Shown piece after piece: positions 40,653-53,440 of a stretch of 64,000 nucleotides of DNA (the stretch's first letter is position 1; each line of letters opens with the position of its first letter). The DNA is from Botryllus schlosseri (Eukaryota). A program made the position numbers and the translations under genes. The stretch is taken from NCBI GenBank assembly GCA_051294905.1, contig CM119371.1, positions 38,442,001 through 38,506,000 on the forward strand. Direction: 5' to 3'. The notes beneath the pieces are model-generated. The model was given only the letters and a program-made list of their open reading frames with translations. It did no database searches and was not told where the DNA came from.

Positions 40653-41474
40653 GACTAGAGGTTGGACAGTTGAATGACTATTGCAATGAATAATGCGAAT
40701 TGATAATTCACTTTACCTTGCTCCTAATACTTTGCCCTACTTCAAGAAATACAGAGGTGTCCAGGTCAAGGCTGGTGCTCAAGTAGTCTAAATGTCGAAG
40801 AAACATCGAAACTTTCTACTGAGGTGCAAGTACAAGCACCGATTTACAAGTCATGTCAAACTGGTGGAAGAGTCGCATAATTTTAGCAGTCATTGGGAGA
40901 TTGCTACTTCCTAGCAAAGTGCATGTTAGCGACTAATTCAAAATCCAATGTCACTACACAAATGAGGGCACTTTTTCAAAGTAAATATAGGTATATATAG
41001 AAGCTATTTCCCAGGACTTTTCTGATAACTTCGCTCAAAGAGGCGACTCACCCTTATTACAAAACTATTTCGAAGATTTCAAATTCCGAGTAGTTAAAAG
41101 GCGAAGGCTACGTGGGTTACTGTGAAAAAACTGTACTTCGATATACTGGCCTGTGGCCACCATTGAATTCAGTGGATATTTCGCTCAGATGTTATGACGA
41201 TTTTACACGTGGAAGTGATGCAGCCATACATCAAATCTATTTTTTGATTAAATAAATTAAAATTAAAGGTGTAACTAATTTTGATTTAAAACTGAGAAAG
41301 TAGTGCACAACCTACTCGAGTAATCCAGAAAAGAACATCGTACTTGGTACTATAGTACTTGATCAATGGCCGCCTCCGGAAGTACTCTCGTTACTCAGAC
41401 AACACTAATAACAACTTACAATACACTTTATGAGCTAATTTGGCCGTATGCAAGTCCATATGGGCGTGGGCGAG

Positions 41475-41480
41475 TTTAAT
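41475..41480 (-). promoter_or_regulatory. Candidate polyadenylation signal (ATTAAA variant)
   Basis: tttaat on plus = ATTAAA on minus, about 90 nt downstream of the stop codon. Confidence 0.3.
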
Positions 41481-41566
41481 AGTGATTTAGCAACCCATGC
41501 AATGTAATGTCGCAAATCTGTCAGTCGTGACGGTCTGCTGTGCCCAAATGAGCAATGACATTATGC

Positions 41567-41735
41567 CTATCTATGAATGGACGCGTACACGGGAGGTTTA
41601 TCTTCGAATCGTGTGGTCTCGCTGTGCGATGCGGCTTGTGCGGTGTCCGGATAGATATCTGGCTCCGGTGAGCGTGTCGACGGGCTCGCGACAGCGACGT
41701 GGTGTGCCACAAACGCGGCCGACAGCTTTTTGTAA
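41567..41735 (-). CDS. Exon 5 (terminal): cytoplasmic tail
   Basis: Acceptor tttatcttacag|; phase 2 completes AA+T=Asn; reads YKKLSAAFVAHHVAVASPSTRSPEPDIYPDTAQAASHSETTRFEDKPPVYASIHR then TAG at 41567-41569; total CDS 43+225+240+148+169=825 nt (274 aa). Confidence 0.8.
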
Positions 41736-42305
41736 CTGTAAGATAAACGATCAGTACCGAAAGCATTCATCAAGATATGTAGCACAGGGTATTGTTCTAG
41801 AAATATAACCTGACACCGCACTATCCTAGATTATTTATGCAATCCATAACCTATGATTCATACCAAGGGTTTTGGATATTACTTTCAACCTCACGTTTTC
41901 CATCTGTATGATATGTTATGATACTATCGGCTATATCGTCACCCCCTCCTTAATGGGCTATTTTAAGAAACTTGGGACGAAAGAAACAAAGGTGCAATCA
42001 GGGTCGAAAACGTACGGAGGAAGTGATAGGGGGGGGGGGGGCGAAAATATTAGAAGGTTCGGTCAGATATATTTAATTATCGGGCAACCGGATGTCGGCA
42101 CAAAATTCGCGTGAAAAACGGGCTATTCTGAAACTGCCGCGAAGGTTGACTATAAAAGGTCAACGTGCCAAAAACTATCCTCAGCTACTGGGATCGCCGC
42201 GAAAAGTTCACCTTTTTTGTTTTTAGTCAATTGCCATCGATCAAAGTTAGCCGGATAAATTCCCCATGTCCTCTCTCCAGGATTCGAAATATGGAGGGGG
42301 TGGGG

Positions 42306-42358
42306 GCGATGAATATATATTATATAATATAGCGATGAATATATATTATATAATATAG
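42306..42358. repeat. 26-bp tandem duplication
   Basis: gcgatgaatatatattatataatata repeated twice. Confidence 0.8.
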
Positions 42359-43149
42359 CTTCATAAATGCACCATGAAACCAAAAGAAGGTTGAGAACCA
42401 CTGCCGTAGACGAAGTTGTTTTGTCAGATCGGGATCAATTAATATTGTGGGCGTTTTTATATTTATTGAGTAGAATCTACAGGTGCACCAAAAACCGTCT
42501 CCAAGTTCATATTCGGCCGTGTTAATGAAATATATCTCGCTGACATTTTCGTCCCCTATCGCCCCAGTCGCTCCCGTTGGTATTTCACCGCATTGTTTCT
42601 CAAAATAGCCCGCTTGGGGGCGATATCGTCTACGTTTGAGTTGGAAACCAACACACCAATATAAAATCGCAAAATCTCGTCTCTCGGAAGTAGTCTGACA
42701 CAAAATTGTTCGCGGTAAAAGCTCTTGAGCGACACCTTGCGATAATATGAAAAGATTTCGCAGTTGCACTTTTAGAAGAGGATTCGATTTTGGTGGAACA
42801 TGCCGATTAGAAATTCTGAAATTGCTAGCAGTGAACAGGTAAGTATTTCACAAAACTGCATATTGTCATTCACTTTGTGTTTGATTTAGGTTTGCGATAC
42901 ATAGTTAGAAGCGTGTGGATAACATTTGAGTTTACTCGAAACATGGCAAACGACGCATTATCAAAATTGAAAAAAAAACTCAGAGTAGAAATGAAAAAGT
43001 TGGTCAGTACGGAATTACTTCTACATTTTCCGACCACTCAAGTGGGTTTGTCTACTCGTACATACATACTCAAGTCGCTGTGATTATAGTGTAAACCCCA
43101 CTTCCATGTTTACGTAACAGTTTGTAGGCGAAGAACTCACACGTAACTC

Positions 43150-43968
43150 CGGGGGTGGAAAACCTGTTTGCTATTCATGACCTCATTTCGATTACTTATG
43201 TAGCATACGGCCGTATTTCAGGACATAGCCGTATTGAACTAACTGGACGCCAAATATCCATGCTAAAGTGTCCATATCATCCATTTACGGTGAACTCCGG
43301 ACGAATCTGCTTTTTCATACCTGCGTAGGCTGTACGCACCGAAATCGCGAGTGGTCATGTTAAGAATAGATTGTGGCGTTCGTTTCAGTCGCGCGTAAAA
43401 CATTTTCTGATTCACAAATGAATTTTGTCATTAATATTAGTAGGCTCACATGTTCATATCAAATATTCATCTTTTCTCAGCCCATGTGATCAGATGCCCC
43501 TGAAGAGTGGATGGAGGCAGTGCTTTCTAAAATTTAGGGCAAGTTATAAATGATGATGGATCTGCGGGTGGGTCCATTGTTATTAGTCACTCTGTTGCAT
43601 GCTGTTATTTCTTGACCTCCCATTAGGATTGTCGGTATAGGGAAGAGATATAGGAATCGCCCAAACGTACAAGAAACACATTTATTTCGAGAGGAGCACA
43701 CGATACCAAGTTGGTATTTCCATATGAGGCGCATCATTTTCCTCTGCTCTTCGCATCTTTATTGTGGGCTGAGATTGCAAAGGGCACCATCATATTAAAA
43801 TGGATTATAGCATTGAATCGTAGTGCGTAGAAAATTCAAGATTAATTTGAATCCGGGGGGCCATTCGCAAATCCAATCTGCATGTCGACGGACGCCAACA
43901 CATACTAATTAAATTACGAGTCGACGACCACACAAAATTCCTTCCACTGTCCAGGTTGGCCACCCCTG
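43150..43968. mobile_element. Second copy of the 39530 MITE family (intron 4)
   Basis: cgggggtggaaaacct / aggttggccacccctg; internal similarity to 39530-40322; TSD not clear. Confidence 0.8.
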
Positions 43969-44900
43969 CATTACACTTAGTATCTTGATTTGTAGTATGT
44001 AGTTTGGGGAGACGCTTGCATCACTTGTACGAGTGAAATCGTATCAAAACTGGGTGAAATATCCTCATGTTCTCGCTCTATCGCACCTGTCTCAGTAGGA
44101 TTTTGCAATAGTCGCGAAGATATATCTTGTCATTTTGAAGGTGGTCCCCTCCAAATATCTCTTAAACGTGTTCGACGTATCGAGCAAATTTACTTTTTGA
44201 AGATACTTAGGCGAGTGCTAATCAAACTTTCTATGCTTTTTTCTAGGTCTGTGTGAAGTAGATTTCATATTTCTCGTAATTGCTACTCCGTCTTGTAATT
44301 GAGTAGTAAATTACGTCGTAATCACGACTCGAGTATGAACGCAAGCGGTACCATACGTTCTCTTGAGTATTTTTTCTATTTTTTCAATAAATTGAAAGTG
44401 TCCTCGGAGGACGTCTAAATGTTCTCTTTTTTCTGGAAATTTGACCCATTTTTCTCAAAAAAGTATTAAATTGTGTATAGCGAATGTCTGAGTTTCGTAA
44501 AAAAATCGGGTAAAACGGGAGTCGAGTCAAAGTGATGACTTTTTTTAGCCAGCACAGTAATATGGGTCGAAAAGTTTTCAAAACCACCAGTTGTCTTCCG
44601 GTGCCGTAGCTTGCAGAGTTTTTTTAAAAGTGTCCCCTTTCTGGATCTCAAATAATGGTAACCGTAATGAACGCTGACTAATCGGATCACCTCTTGAAAC
44701 AAACCGACATCGATGTTTACAAGGTAAAAATGTACAAAAGATAAAAATAAAAAAAAAGGTAATGCAATGCATGGGCGTACATGCAAACAGTTACAGCAAT
44801 AGGCATACGTCAACTCGTCAAGGACATCAGAATTTGGTGGCCTACGTACGCGGAAAGCAAATTACGTAAATAGTCAAGGAACGCAATTGGCCTTACTCAC

Positions 44901-45048
44901 TTCATTTGCATCCGGAATATGACTCCCAGGCATCCGGCCAGAATTAATGCGAGCAACGAGACCGCCACGGGGTACGAGACATTTCGGGACTCGGGTGTTT
45001 TTACGCGTTTGGAAGATTTTTTGCTCCGGGAAGTCGGGGGTACTGATC
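44901..45048 (-). CDS. Exon 4: basic Ser/Thr/Pro stalk plus transmembrane helix
   Basis: Acceptor cattcgcgcag|, donor TGAA|GTGAGT, 148 nt, phase 1-2: (G)SVPPTSRSKKSSKRVKTPESRNVSYPVAVSLLALILAGCLGVIFRMQM; ~20-residue hydrophobic run VAVSLLALILAGCLGVIF. Confidence 0.85.
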
Positions 45049-45814
45049 CTGCGCGAATGTTAAAATACATTATCCTCAACGCAGAATAATTTGATACAGG
45101 AATATATTCCGATGTGTTGAATACAGTGCAATAACTGGTATAGCATGTGTGTGTATATGCGGAGGGCTGTGTATGCTATGAGAAAGCATAATAAGCTGTA
45201 TCTGTTAGATAAGTGCGAAAGGGGCTCGACACAGTCGTGATACGAAGAACCACGCCGACGACATGCCCCTATGTACAGTTATCGTTTCCGTTTTATTTGA
45301 CCAACCATAGAATGCAGACACGGACTAGATAATTCTAATCTTTCAATTAGACTAATTAGAGCGAAATGGCGAAATTCGAATCTAATTTAAAAATGTCTCT
45401 GTCTTCTAATTTTAATTATAATTTATTTTATAATTTCCTTGAAAATGCTACAAGCGAAACTAGCAAATCTTGTTGGAAAGACATTTGTATTTCTCGTTCT
45501 TGTGAGAATGATATCTGATTCAAAAGGCGGGACATCGGTTGAAAACTTAATTGAAACCTGTCAACTTCGCCAACATTCATCGATTTAGACTCTCGGGCAC
45601 CATCTTGGGGTTTTGCTTTGCGGTAATCCGACACATAGTATTTTCTACGGAATAAAAGATGAACACGCAGGTTTATGAAGGGACTCTTGGACGTACATAA
45701 CTTCAATATGCAAATACATATTATATTGATGCGAATGCCTACCCGAATATCTTCGGCTGACCAGTCACCAACTATCGTAGAGATACAAGACCTTTATGCA
45801 ATCATATTCTAGTC

Positions 45815-47575
45815 CAGTGGTTCTCAACCGGGGGTCCGCGAAGCATTTTCAGGGGGTCCGGGAGACCTCTAAATTTGCAAAATGATTGAAAACCAATTTT
45901 CAACTTTTTTTAAATTAGGGAAATCACGAAGCAGTTTCGCTTCAAGCTGCTAATGCTTCAGAAGGCACATCAACAGAATGGCCGTATGAGATTAAATATC
46001 CTGTTGTGTAAACCAGGGGTGTCAAACTCAAATTACTTCGCCGGCCGGATTCAGACCTTCCAAATGCTCGCGGGCCGCACGATTTGCTTTTGACTTGAAC
46101 ACTTTATTACCAAGCATATATAGATAATAGTATATTGCAATTGTATCACTGATCATGGGGTTTTTATTCTACAGTGTAGCAACACCTCTTTAGTCGCGAG
46201 CAATGGAATTGACGGTGATGATTGGCTGGTTGAATACACTTATGAACCGCTGCTAAAACAGTGGCAGTAATGACGATTGCACTTATTTCTATGATCCCTT
46301 TTAAGTCGTAAACTGGCGTTAGCCGTGTGTATGCGTTGTGAGTAATACAAGAGATTAAACTGTAAACGCGGACGTTTGAATTTGTTGTATTCTTATTAAA
46401 TCACGATTCAAGTTTCTCTAGATCCTGGGGACCTTTTGAGTCGGAAATGATACAGCACCGCGACCATGCACTGATATTTGAATTATATTATTTGTGTAGA
46501 TATACATCATCCACGTAAACTTCATATAACGGTCCAGCAATGTCGTTTTCGCTTGTGTGAATAACTACTTTTTTGCACAATATTCCACAAAACTCAACTC
46601 AGCAATGAGCACTTTTTGCCTTTTCGAAGATGAGTGTCAATGTGACTGATTTATTCCTATAGTGGTAACAAGTTTGAAACCAAAACACCGTAGTCTGGTG
46701 ATTATAATGTGGCCTACGAACAGACTCGACATTTCCTGTCTTAGGGGGGAATATTTAACGGAGGTATTTTCTTCCAAACAAATCAACATTTATGACAAAT
46801 GTGCTGGATAATACAAGCATTTTTCAATCTACTCAGAATGGCTTCGCGGGCTGGATAGAATCGTCTGGCGGGCCGTATGTTTGACACACCTCTGCTGTAA
46901 ACTCATTTCCTTTTCCAAGTTGCCAATAGCCTACTGATACAAACATATTGTTATTTAAAGATGTGTTGTTAAGGTTTGTTAAAAATTGTTTTTTTTTTCT
47001 AGTCTGTCTCAAAAAAGGGATTAAAACCTCAGCACGCAATCCATTTTCTCCTGTGATATACATAGCCATTATTCCAGAATATCTTGAAGATGAGCTGCTA
47101 CATAGAAATGACTAGTCTGGAAGTGATAACTTCATTGAAAAATCTGTTTCTCCATTTTGGTGCCATATATGTTGCGATCGTGCTCAAAGGTGTCGTCGGA
47201 AGCGTCAGGCGTTAATATTACGTCCGCCGCCAGCTACCTTTGTGGAAATGGATTTTCGGCACTCGTTCATATCAAATCGAACGCGTGAATTTTCAAAACA
47301 CGACCACATATTTCAAGAAATAGGAATTACAGCTGCAGAAGTCCCTTCGAACTAATGAAAGTCTATCCATATTTCTGAATATAGTAGCCTATGATATTGT
47401 CTTCAAGAACGGTCATTTTGTTGCTGTTTATCACTAGCCTAGAGTTGATATTCGCGCAAGACATATGACGGTTGCACGATAATTGAGCTAAATTCGAACT
47501 AAAACGTGAGGGGGTCCACGGGGTCCGTCACGGTACAAAAGGGGCCCGCGAAGACAAAAAGGTTGAGAACTACTG
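45815..47575 (+). mobile_element. Buster/Charlie-like hAT deletion derivative with transposase remnant
   Basis: TIRs cagtggttctcaacc / ggttgagaactactg; TSD ttctagtc/ttctagac; about 47150-47290 reads (broken frame) FW...SSEA...ASYLCGNGFSALVHIKS, matching the Buster-family YLCExGFS motif. Confidence 0.88.
46014..46894. mobile_element. Nested hAT-type MITE (CAGGGGTGTCAAAC TIR)
   Basis: caggggtgtcaaac / gtttgacacacctctg; TSD gtgtaaac/ctgtaaac. Confidence 0.85.
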
Positions 47576-48160
47576 TTCTAGACGGTGTATATTAGTTACT
47601 CGATTCAGAATAAATAGCGACGCATTCTGTTGCCTAAATCAATCATCTTGCATCATACTCTGAAAATTCGACCTAGCTCGGATTTTTCCTTGGCTTGTGT
47701 ACCTGGATGATTCAATATTGAATATATATTAGGTTTCTAGTCGAGTTTAGTGTTCGAGTATCTCTCACTGCGAGAGTATGACATCTGTGGAAATTTCAAG
47801 TATGTAAGCTACCATTTATGCTACTACAAACAATATAATGCAACTTGTACACCACATAAATGTAATTTGTAGCTCTGTACCATGGTTTTGTACTCTGTGA
47901 TACGACTATTCGAGGTTTCAAGGCTTCTACAGTGGAAAATAGTATCGGAACTATATTTGTGGTGGATGAATCAACTTGGAACTTGGAATGGAGAGTATCA
48001 TTTCCGTTTATTCAACTGGAATAAGTAGAATTCAATTCAGATTTGAGCAATCCATTCATTGTGTAAAGCCCTAGCAATGACTCGATATGATTTTGTGACT
48101 CGAAGGTGTCAGCTAACTGGTTTCCTTGAATGGGTTCAATTCAAACAGTATCTATCTCAC

Positions 48161-48400
48161 CTTGATTTTTAACACAGATCCCATACTTGTAGATCAGCGT
48201 AACTCTCTTCGACCCCTCTAGAAAAGAATTAATTGATATCGATCTGTTGGCGGGCAGTTCGTCCATTTCGGTGAGAAGAAAAGACTTTGCGCAAGTCGGC
48301 ACATACGCATGTATCTTCAACCTTGTCGCCGATGCGTTGCAGTTCGCCTTCATGTACACGAAGCAGTGTGTGTCCCCTGCGTTTACCACGCCACCTATCT
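48161..48400 (-). CDS. Exon 3: C-terminal half of the ectodomain (4 Cys, sequons NAS and NRS)
   Basis: Acceptor tttccattccacag|, donor CAAG|GTGAGA, 240 nt, phase 1-1, open: (E)IGGVVNAGDTHCFVYMKANCNASATRLKIHAYVPTCAKSFLLTEMDELPANRSISINSFLEGSKRVTLIYKYGICVKNQ. Confidence 0.85.
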
Positions 48401-49749
48401 CTGTGGAATGGAAATATTGCAGTGTTGATACTGTGACTGTGTAGAATGTAGAATGTGGAATGTAGATCAAACGGAAAATCCACGTCGAATGTAAGAGCTG
48501 ACTATATCACGATTATTATTATATGCAATACAATCACATGATCTTTTCTAAAAGTGAAATTTATCTAAATAAATATGAACACAAAAAGCATAGTACCCAG
48601 TGTATTTTCACGGGCGTGCTTAACGTAGTACGTGACTTCCAAGTCGTGTCAAAGTACGTTTCTCCGGTGCAGAAAAGAAACCGCTAAAAAGTACTGAAGT
48701 AATTTGTTTCGAGAAGTATAATTAATTTCGATTCAATTTCATGTTAACAATTTCATCATTTCAATGCACCACAAGACTGCGATATACAATGAAAAGATGG
48801 GATGGTGCCGAAACGACTTGGAGTAGTCTTCAAAATCAAACACCAACCTGGCCTAGGCGATGTAAAAAGAGGCACGTACACTGAATGAAAAGTAGAAGAA
48901 GATAATATTAAACGGCAGGCGATAAAAAGAGGGGGCACGAACCGGAAGGCGAGATCGACATGTCATGTCGTGGTCCGGTAAACTTGAGGGCTAGCTAGTA
49001 TTTATTCAGCGAAATTGTTCGACATGAATGTGGACATGCTCGACGACTGTCGGATGGTACTGTTCCACTGCAGACCCTGCATATTTGATATAATGATGGT
49101 CTTTTACGTCGACCATATGATAGTTCTTATGCTATTGTAGAACTGTTAAGTATGAAACTAGTTCTTTACAATTGTATGTTTCTTTTGGCGTAATTTTAGC
49201 TCGATGTATGTTTAGATGCTTTCTGTGAAAATTCCACCCCCTGATAAAGTGATGCTCACGAGGCGATTTCGTTGGGCCCGCGACAGCCTCTCGACCAAAT
49301 TGCTGCTAAGAAGAAAAAGTCATGCTGAGTTCAGGCCGTCGGTGGAAATTTCTACCTTTTCAAGCCAACACATGAGCTAACATGATAAACATATAAAATT
49401 TGTATATTCAACTCAAGGCCATCGCGAACGAACGCGATGATTTATTTTTCGTCAGCAGCGACCCGACCACGCAATGTTTCCACAACGGACAGTGACGACC
49501 TGATTTCTTCTGATCCAGTTACTGTCTAAATAACAGTACACCTAGCAATAAATAATATATACGGAAGTAGCCCGCATTCGACATAGTGTGGGCATATAGC
49601 CTATTGCTCAGTGAACATATGGTTGTGCATTAAAAACCACCGTTTTGGTGACCGTACGACTTCTTCTAATATGGATGACTTTTAGCTCAAATATCGCAAA
49701 CGGGGTCCACAAGACGAAAAAGGCTGGGAACCACTGTAACTGTTGGACG

Positions 49750-49960
49750 ACGTGGACGCGCGTGTGTTGTTTAAGCACTTTTGATACCGAGGTAAAGAAG
49801 TCATTGAAATTGTCGGGGCAGTAACCACAGTGGAGCTGATACATGAACATGGCTATTTCTAGTTTCCGCATATATTTTATGTTTCGGACTCCGAATCTTG
49901 TGAGCAGTGATATGTTGGAAAAACATCCTTGCTATGACACGGATGACCTGATGATAGAGT
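49750..49960 (-). mobile_element. Decayed LINE (L2/CR1/Crack-like) ORF2 C-terminal fragment
   Basis: Frameshifted ...QVIRVIARMFFQH...RKLEIAMFMYQLHCGYCPDNFNDFFTSVSKV...HTR, matching the KLEIAKFMY...P..F..FF...H...TR tail of these LINEs. Confidence 0.6.
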
Positions 49961-50471
49961 GCAATCGTTACTGAGTAACTGTTTGCTCCAGTTCTTATGA
50001 AATCGTCACTCATAAAAGTGATTTAAGAATATACCAATTCTACATTCACTATACATAATTCAAACTTGGAACAGGTTTTTTTCTCCTAAAAAGTCTCGAA
50101 GTATAAGTGAAGGTACTTTCAAAGCGTTCCCAATTGAGTAAGTATAGTACCAGTCGGACATGGGGTAATCGCGATTAGTAATCGTAATCGATTACGACGA
50201 TTACAGCATCTTCAAGTAATCGTAATCGCAATCGATTACATTCGAAAAAATTCCGAAGTAATCGTAATCGTAATCGACTACTTCCCATATCTAATCGATT
50301 TTTTTGTGAAAGAACGATTACTTTTTATTTGTACAAGGACTATGAAATAAACTGAATATCCGTGAACAAGGAAGAGATGTTATACCAGTTACGTGATAGC
50401 ACAAACGTCTTATTTTCAAATGGCATTGCTCATTATTACGTCAGAAGTAGCCTATTAGCTTTGCTAGTCAT

Positions 50472-51979
50472 TAGGGCTGGGCAAAATCGAGTACCTGAGT
50501 GATTCGATTCTGAATCACGTAAAATGCTTCGAGTCGAGTCGAGTAATCGAGTATCACTCATTATGACGTCACAACACAATGTATTATGTCAAAGTTCAAA
50601 TATGTACCTGTTATGCGACCACAAAGAATATAATTCCTGATATCCATCACATTAAGGTTGCTTTGGCATATTTTCTAGGGATGGTGTGAACGTGAGGTTC
50701 ACGTTCGTGTTCTATGTGTGAACCTCGGAAATTTAGAGGTTCGTGTTCACAACAGAACCTTGGTAGGTTCTGCACTGTGAACCTTTTTGGTAAATTGTAA
50801 TTTGCACTTCATTATAAGATCTTTGGTTCAAGTTTATTGCATTTCAACTGCGGGTCACTCTATGCATGGCGCTTGCAGCATAAAAAATCAACACTAAACG
50901 AGCATGCACCGTGACAACCTTAAAAGTTTTACTTGTTTTTTGTTACCAAAAATTTCTCGAAATATTCAGCTTTCCGTTTTGAATATTTAGTGACTCTCCG
51001 CTGTGAGCTTGATCCGCAATCACACAACATCACGAGCGATATACGTAGTCAGCGAATGATGCTTATTCAACCGATCAATGACATTGATATCGTTTTCTGA
51101 TGCAAATATCGAGCGGGCGTACGGGATCAATCTTGACTTCATATCTTTACTGTATCATTAAAACCAAATTCGTTCGATTAAGGTGCTGGCTACTGCTATA
51201 TAACTTGTTGTTTATGGTATCAGTAGCGAGTATAGAAACCCGTCTTACACTCTGCTCAACATCAATGTAGCAATACTCAGACTCCGAACACATTGTCCGG
51301 TCTGGCTAAGACCATTGAGGCGTAAGCTTATATTTCATGGTAAGTCCTCGTCGAAATTGTTGGCAAAGCGACGGAATGTATTGATTTTATGAGATTATTA
51401 TATCCTTTGATAACCGCGGTTGATACATTTAGCGACGTTTGAAACGCCAATATGTAGCCTACTACAGCAATGCGACATTATGTGGCCCGAGTCTTCGCTA
51501 GGTATCGTGTACATTAATATAGGCTATCACTTCATTGAAAGATAGGGTTGGAATTAGCAATATGACGTCACGAGGTTCACGTTCGCGTTCACACAGAACC
51601 TTTCAAGAAGGTTCGCGTTCACACGAACCCGAACCTTTCAGAGGTTCACACCATCCCTAATATTTTCGTCCATATCGATTTCATGGCACTTGGTGACAAT
51701 GTTGCGGATGATCATGCCTTCGGAAATATGTTATTTCATGTAACGTTCGTAGCTTTGTACTATATGTTTCGTATGCTACGATGCGGCCAATATAGGTTTC
51801 AAGGCTTCAACAGTGAAAATTGATATCGAAACTATAATTATCGTTGATAAATTAACTTTCAGTGGCGAGGAGCGTATAATTTCAGTACTCGAAAAAATCG
51901 TATTTTACTACTCGACTCGAATCATTAAAATTATTACTCGATTCAGATTCGAGTACTCGAATCATTGTGCCCAGCCCTA
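50472..51979. mobile_element. Nested hAT-type MITE (TAGGGCTGGGCA TIR)
   Basis: tagggctgggca / tgcccagcccta; perfect TSD ctagtcat. Confidence 0.9.
50676..51659. mobile_element. Doubly nested TAGGGATGGTG MITE
   Basis: tagggatggtgtgaac / gttcacaccatcccta; perfect TSD atattttc. Confidence 0.92.
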
Positions 51980-52569
51980 CTAGTCATTGCGTAACAAGTA
52001 TCCACAGTAAATAGATATTCGATGTACGTACATTAGTGTGATGGTAAGAACACCCGCCGTGCTGTTTATCAGCTTATCAACACGTTCCACACGCCATACA
52101 GTACATTGCAGCAGGATAATTAATCACCACTTGCCTAGTTTAAAATAGTAACTTGTGTATTGATGTTTGGTTATGCTTAGTTAGACGCAGTCTGACCGTT
52201 ACTGATTGGCGAGCAGTAGGCCCATGTAGTACGTATGTAGGCCTACACCGGACAAAGATTTGAAATTTTGTACTCGTCAAATAAAACGAAGCATTAAACA
52301 TCAACAGCTACTGTTTAATATCATAACCGAGCCGTTTTCGCCGTTTTTCGTAACGGCCGCTTGCAGTACATTATCTGTATTAAGTTGAAGGCAGAGTTGT
52401 ATGTTCTCTTCATCTTATTCTCATATGACTCTACTTGAAACGGGCGCCAATCGTTATTTCACTATCCTTTACTCAACATGGGGACCTGCCGTCATAGCCA
52501 TGCTTGGCTTATATATCATGTTAGCGTGGAATATAGCTAGAATCAGAACCAAAACAGCAATTCGTCTCC

Positions 52570-52900
52570 CAGTCCAAACGTTGGTCTTTGGCCCCCATAG
52601 GGTGATATTTTCAAGTTGAAGACTGAATGCAGTCAATAACATTGGTAATTGCATTATATTATTATTAATTTTTAATCCTCTCTCTGCCTCCGATGGTCAG
52701 ATGTACGTCTGGTATCTTGTTATAATTAATTTGGTGTATGTTGTTAATTCATGGCATTCGGTCTGCTATATAATCAAAAGATATTGTTGTATCCAAAACG
52801 TAGCAGACTAAAAGCAGACTTTCGTTAGACGCACACACAAATTGTCATGTCTTTAATGCTCTGTGGGTGCCCAGGAGTGGCATTTGCATTGTGGGCTCAG
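52570..52900 (-). mobile_element. Possible Penelope-like GIY-YIG remnant inside the nested stack
   Basis: Broken frames give PGHPQSIKDMTICV, DHRRQRE and KYHPMG in the order expected for a Penelope endonuclease C-terminus. Confidence 0.35.
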
Positions 52901-53091
52901 ATTGGAAGGACCAGACTATTAGTCACGCCCACCCAGCGCGGCGATTGACAATGGGCACATACCCTAGGTTTGGGCCAAGGTCTTTCTTTAGTAGCACACT
53001 TCGTGAAGTCGCGTGTTGGTCGAAACTGCATATGTCTTTGGTGTGTCGTGGCACGTTATTGATTGGAACCTAAATCCCTATTACTATAAAT

Positions 53092-53440
53092 TAGGGCTGC
53101 TTTTAAAACAAAAATCAATTTAAAGCAAACATGTTTAAAAGACGGCCATTGTTTAAAACATGTTTTTTATTGTTTCTTTTTTAAGCAATGACGTCACGAA
53201 TGTGAATTGACATTGACAATTGAAAATATAGGGTAAATATAGCTTCTTCGACGAAATATCTTTAATATAACTGTTGAACCGACTGTTTTGAGGGGTTCCA
53301 ACCCACCTATATCGATGTATGTCGGCTAAATCGAGCGGCAATTGTCCGTAGGCTCATACAACATGTTTTTTCGAAAGCATTACTTAAATATGGCATAATT
53401 TTACAACTTGAAAAAACACAATTTTCAAGTTAATTAAATC
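53092..53440. mobile_element. Truncated inverted copy of the 31219 MITE
   Basis: tagggctgcttttaaaacaaaaatcaatttaaagcaaac is the reverse complement of the 31620-31661 end; internal similarity continues to about 53430. Confidence 0.75.

Noticed and set aside
42320..42769. Longest ORF in the track (149 aa, minus)
   Set aside because: No recognisable domain or ATG context; it runs into a MITE end and an AT tandem repeat within an intron
50160..50285. GTAATC, GAGTC and GTCAAAA repeat arrays as possible CRISPR or iteron arrays
   Set aside because: Units are 5-7 bp with no unique 25-45 bp spacers, and they sit subterminally within TIR/TSD-bounded MITEs in eukaryotic DNA
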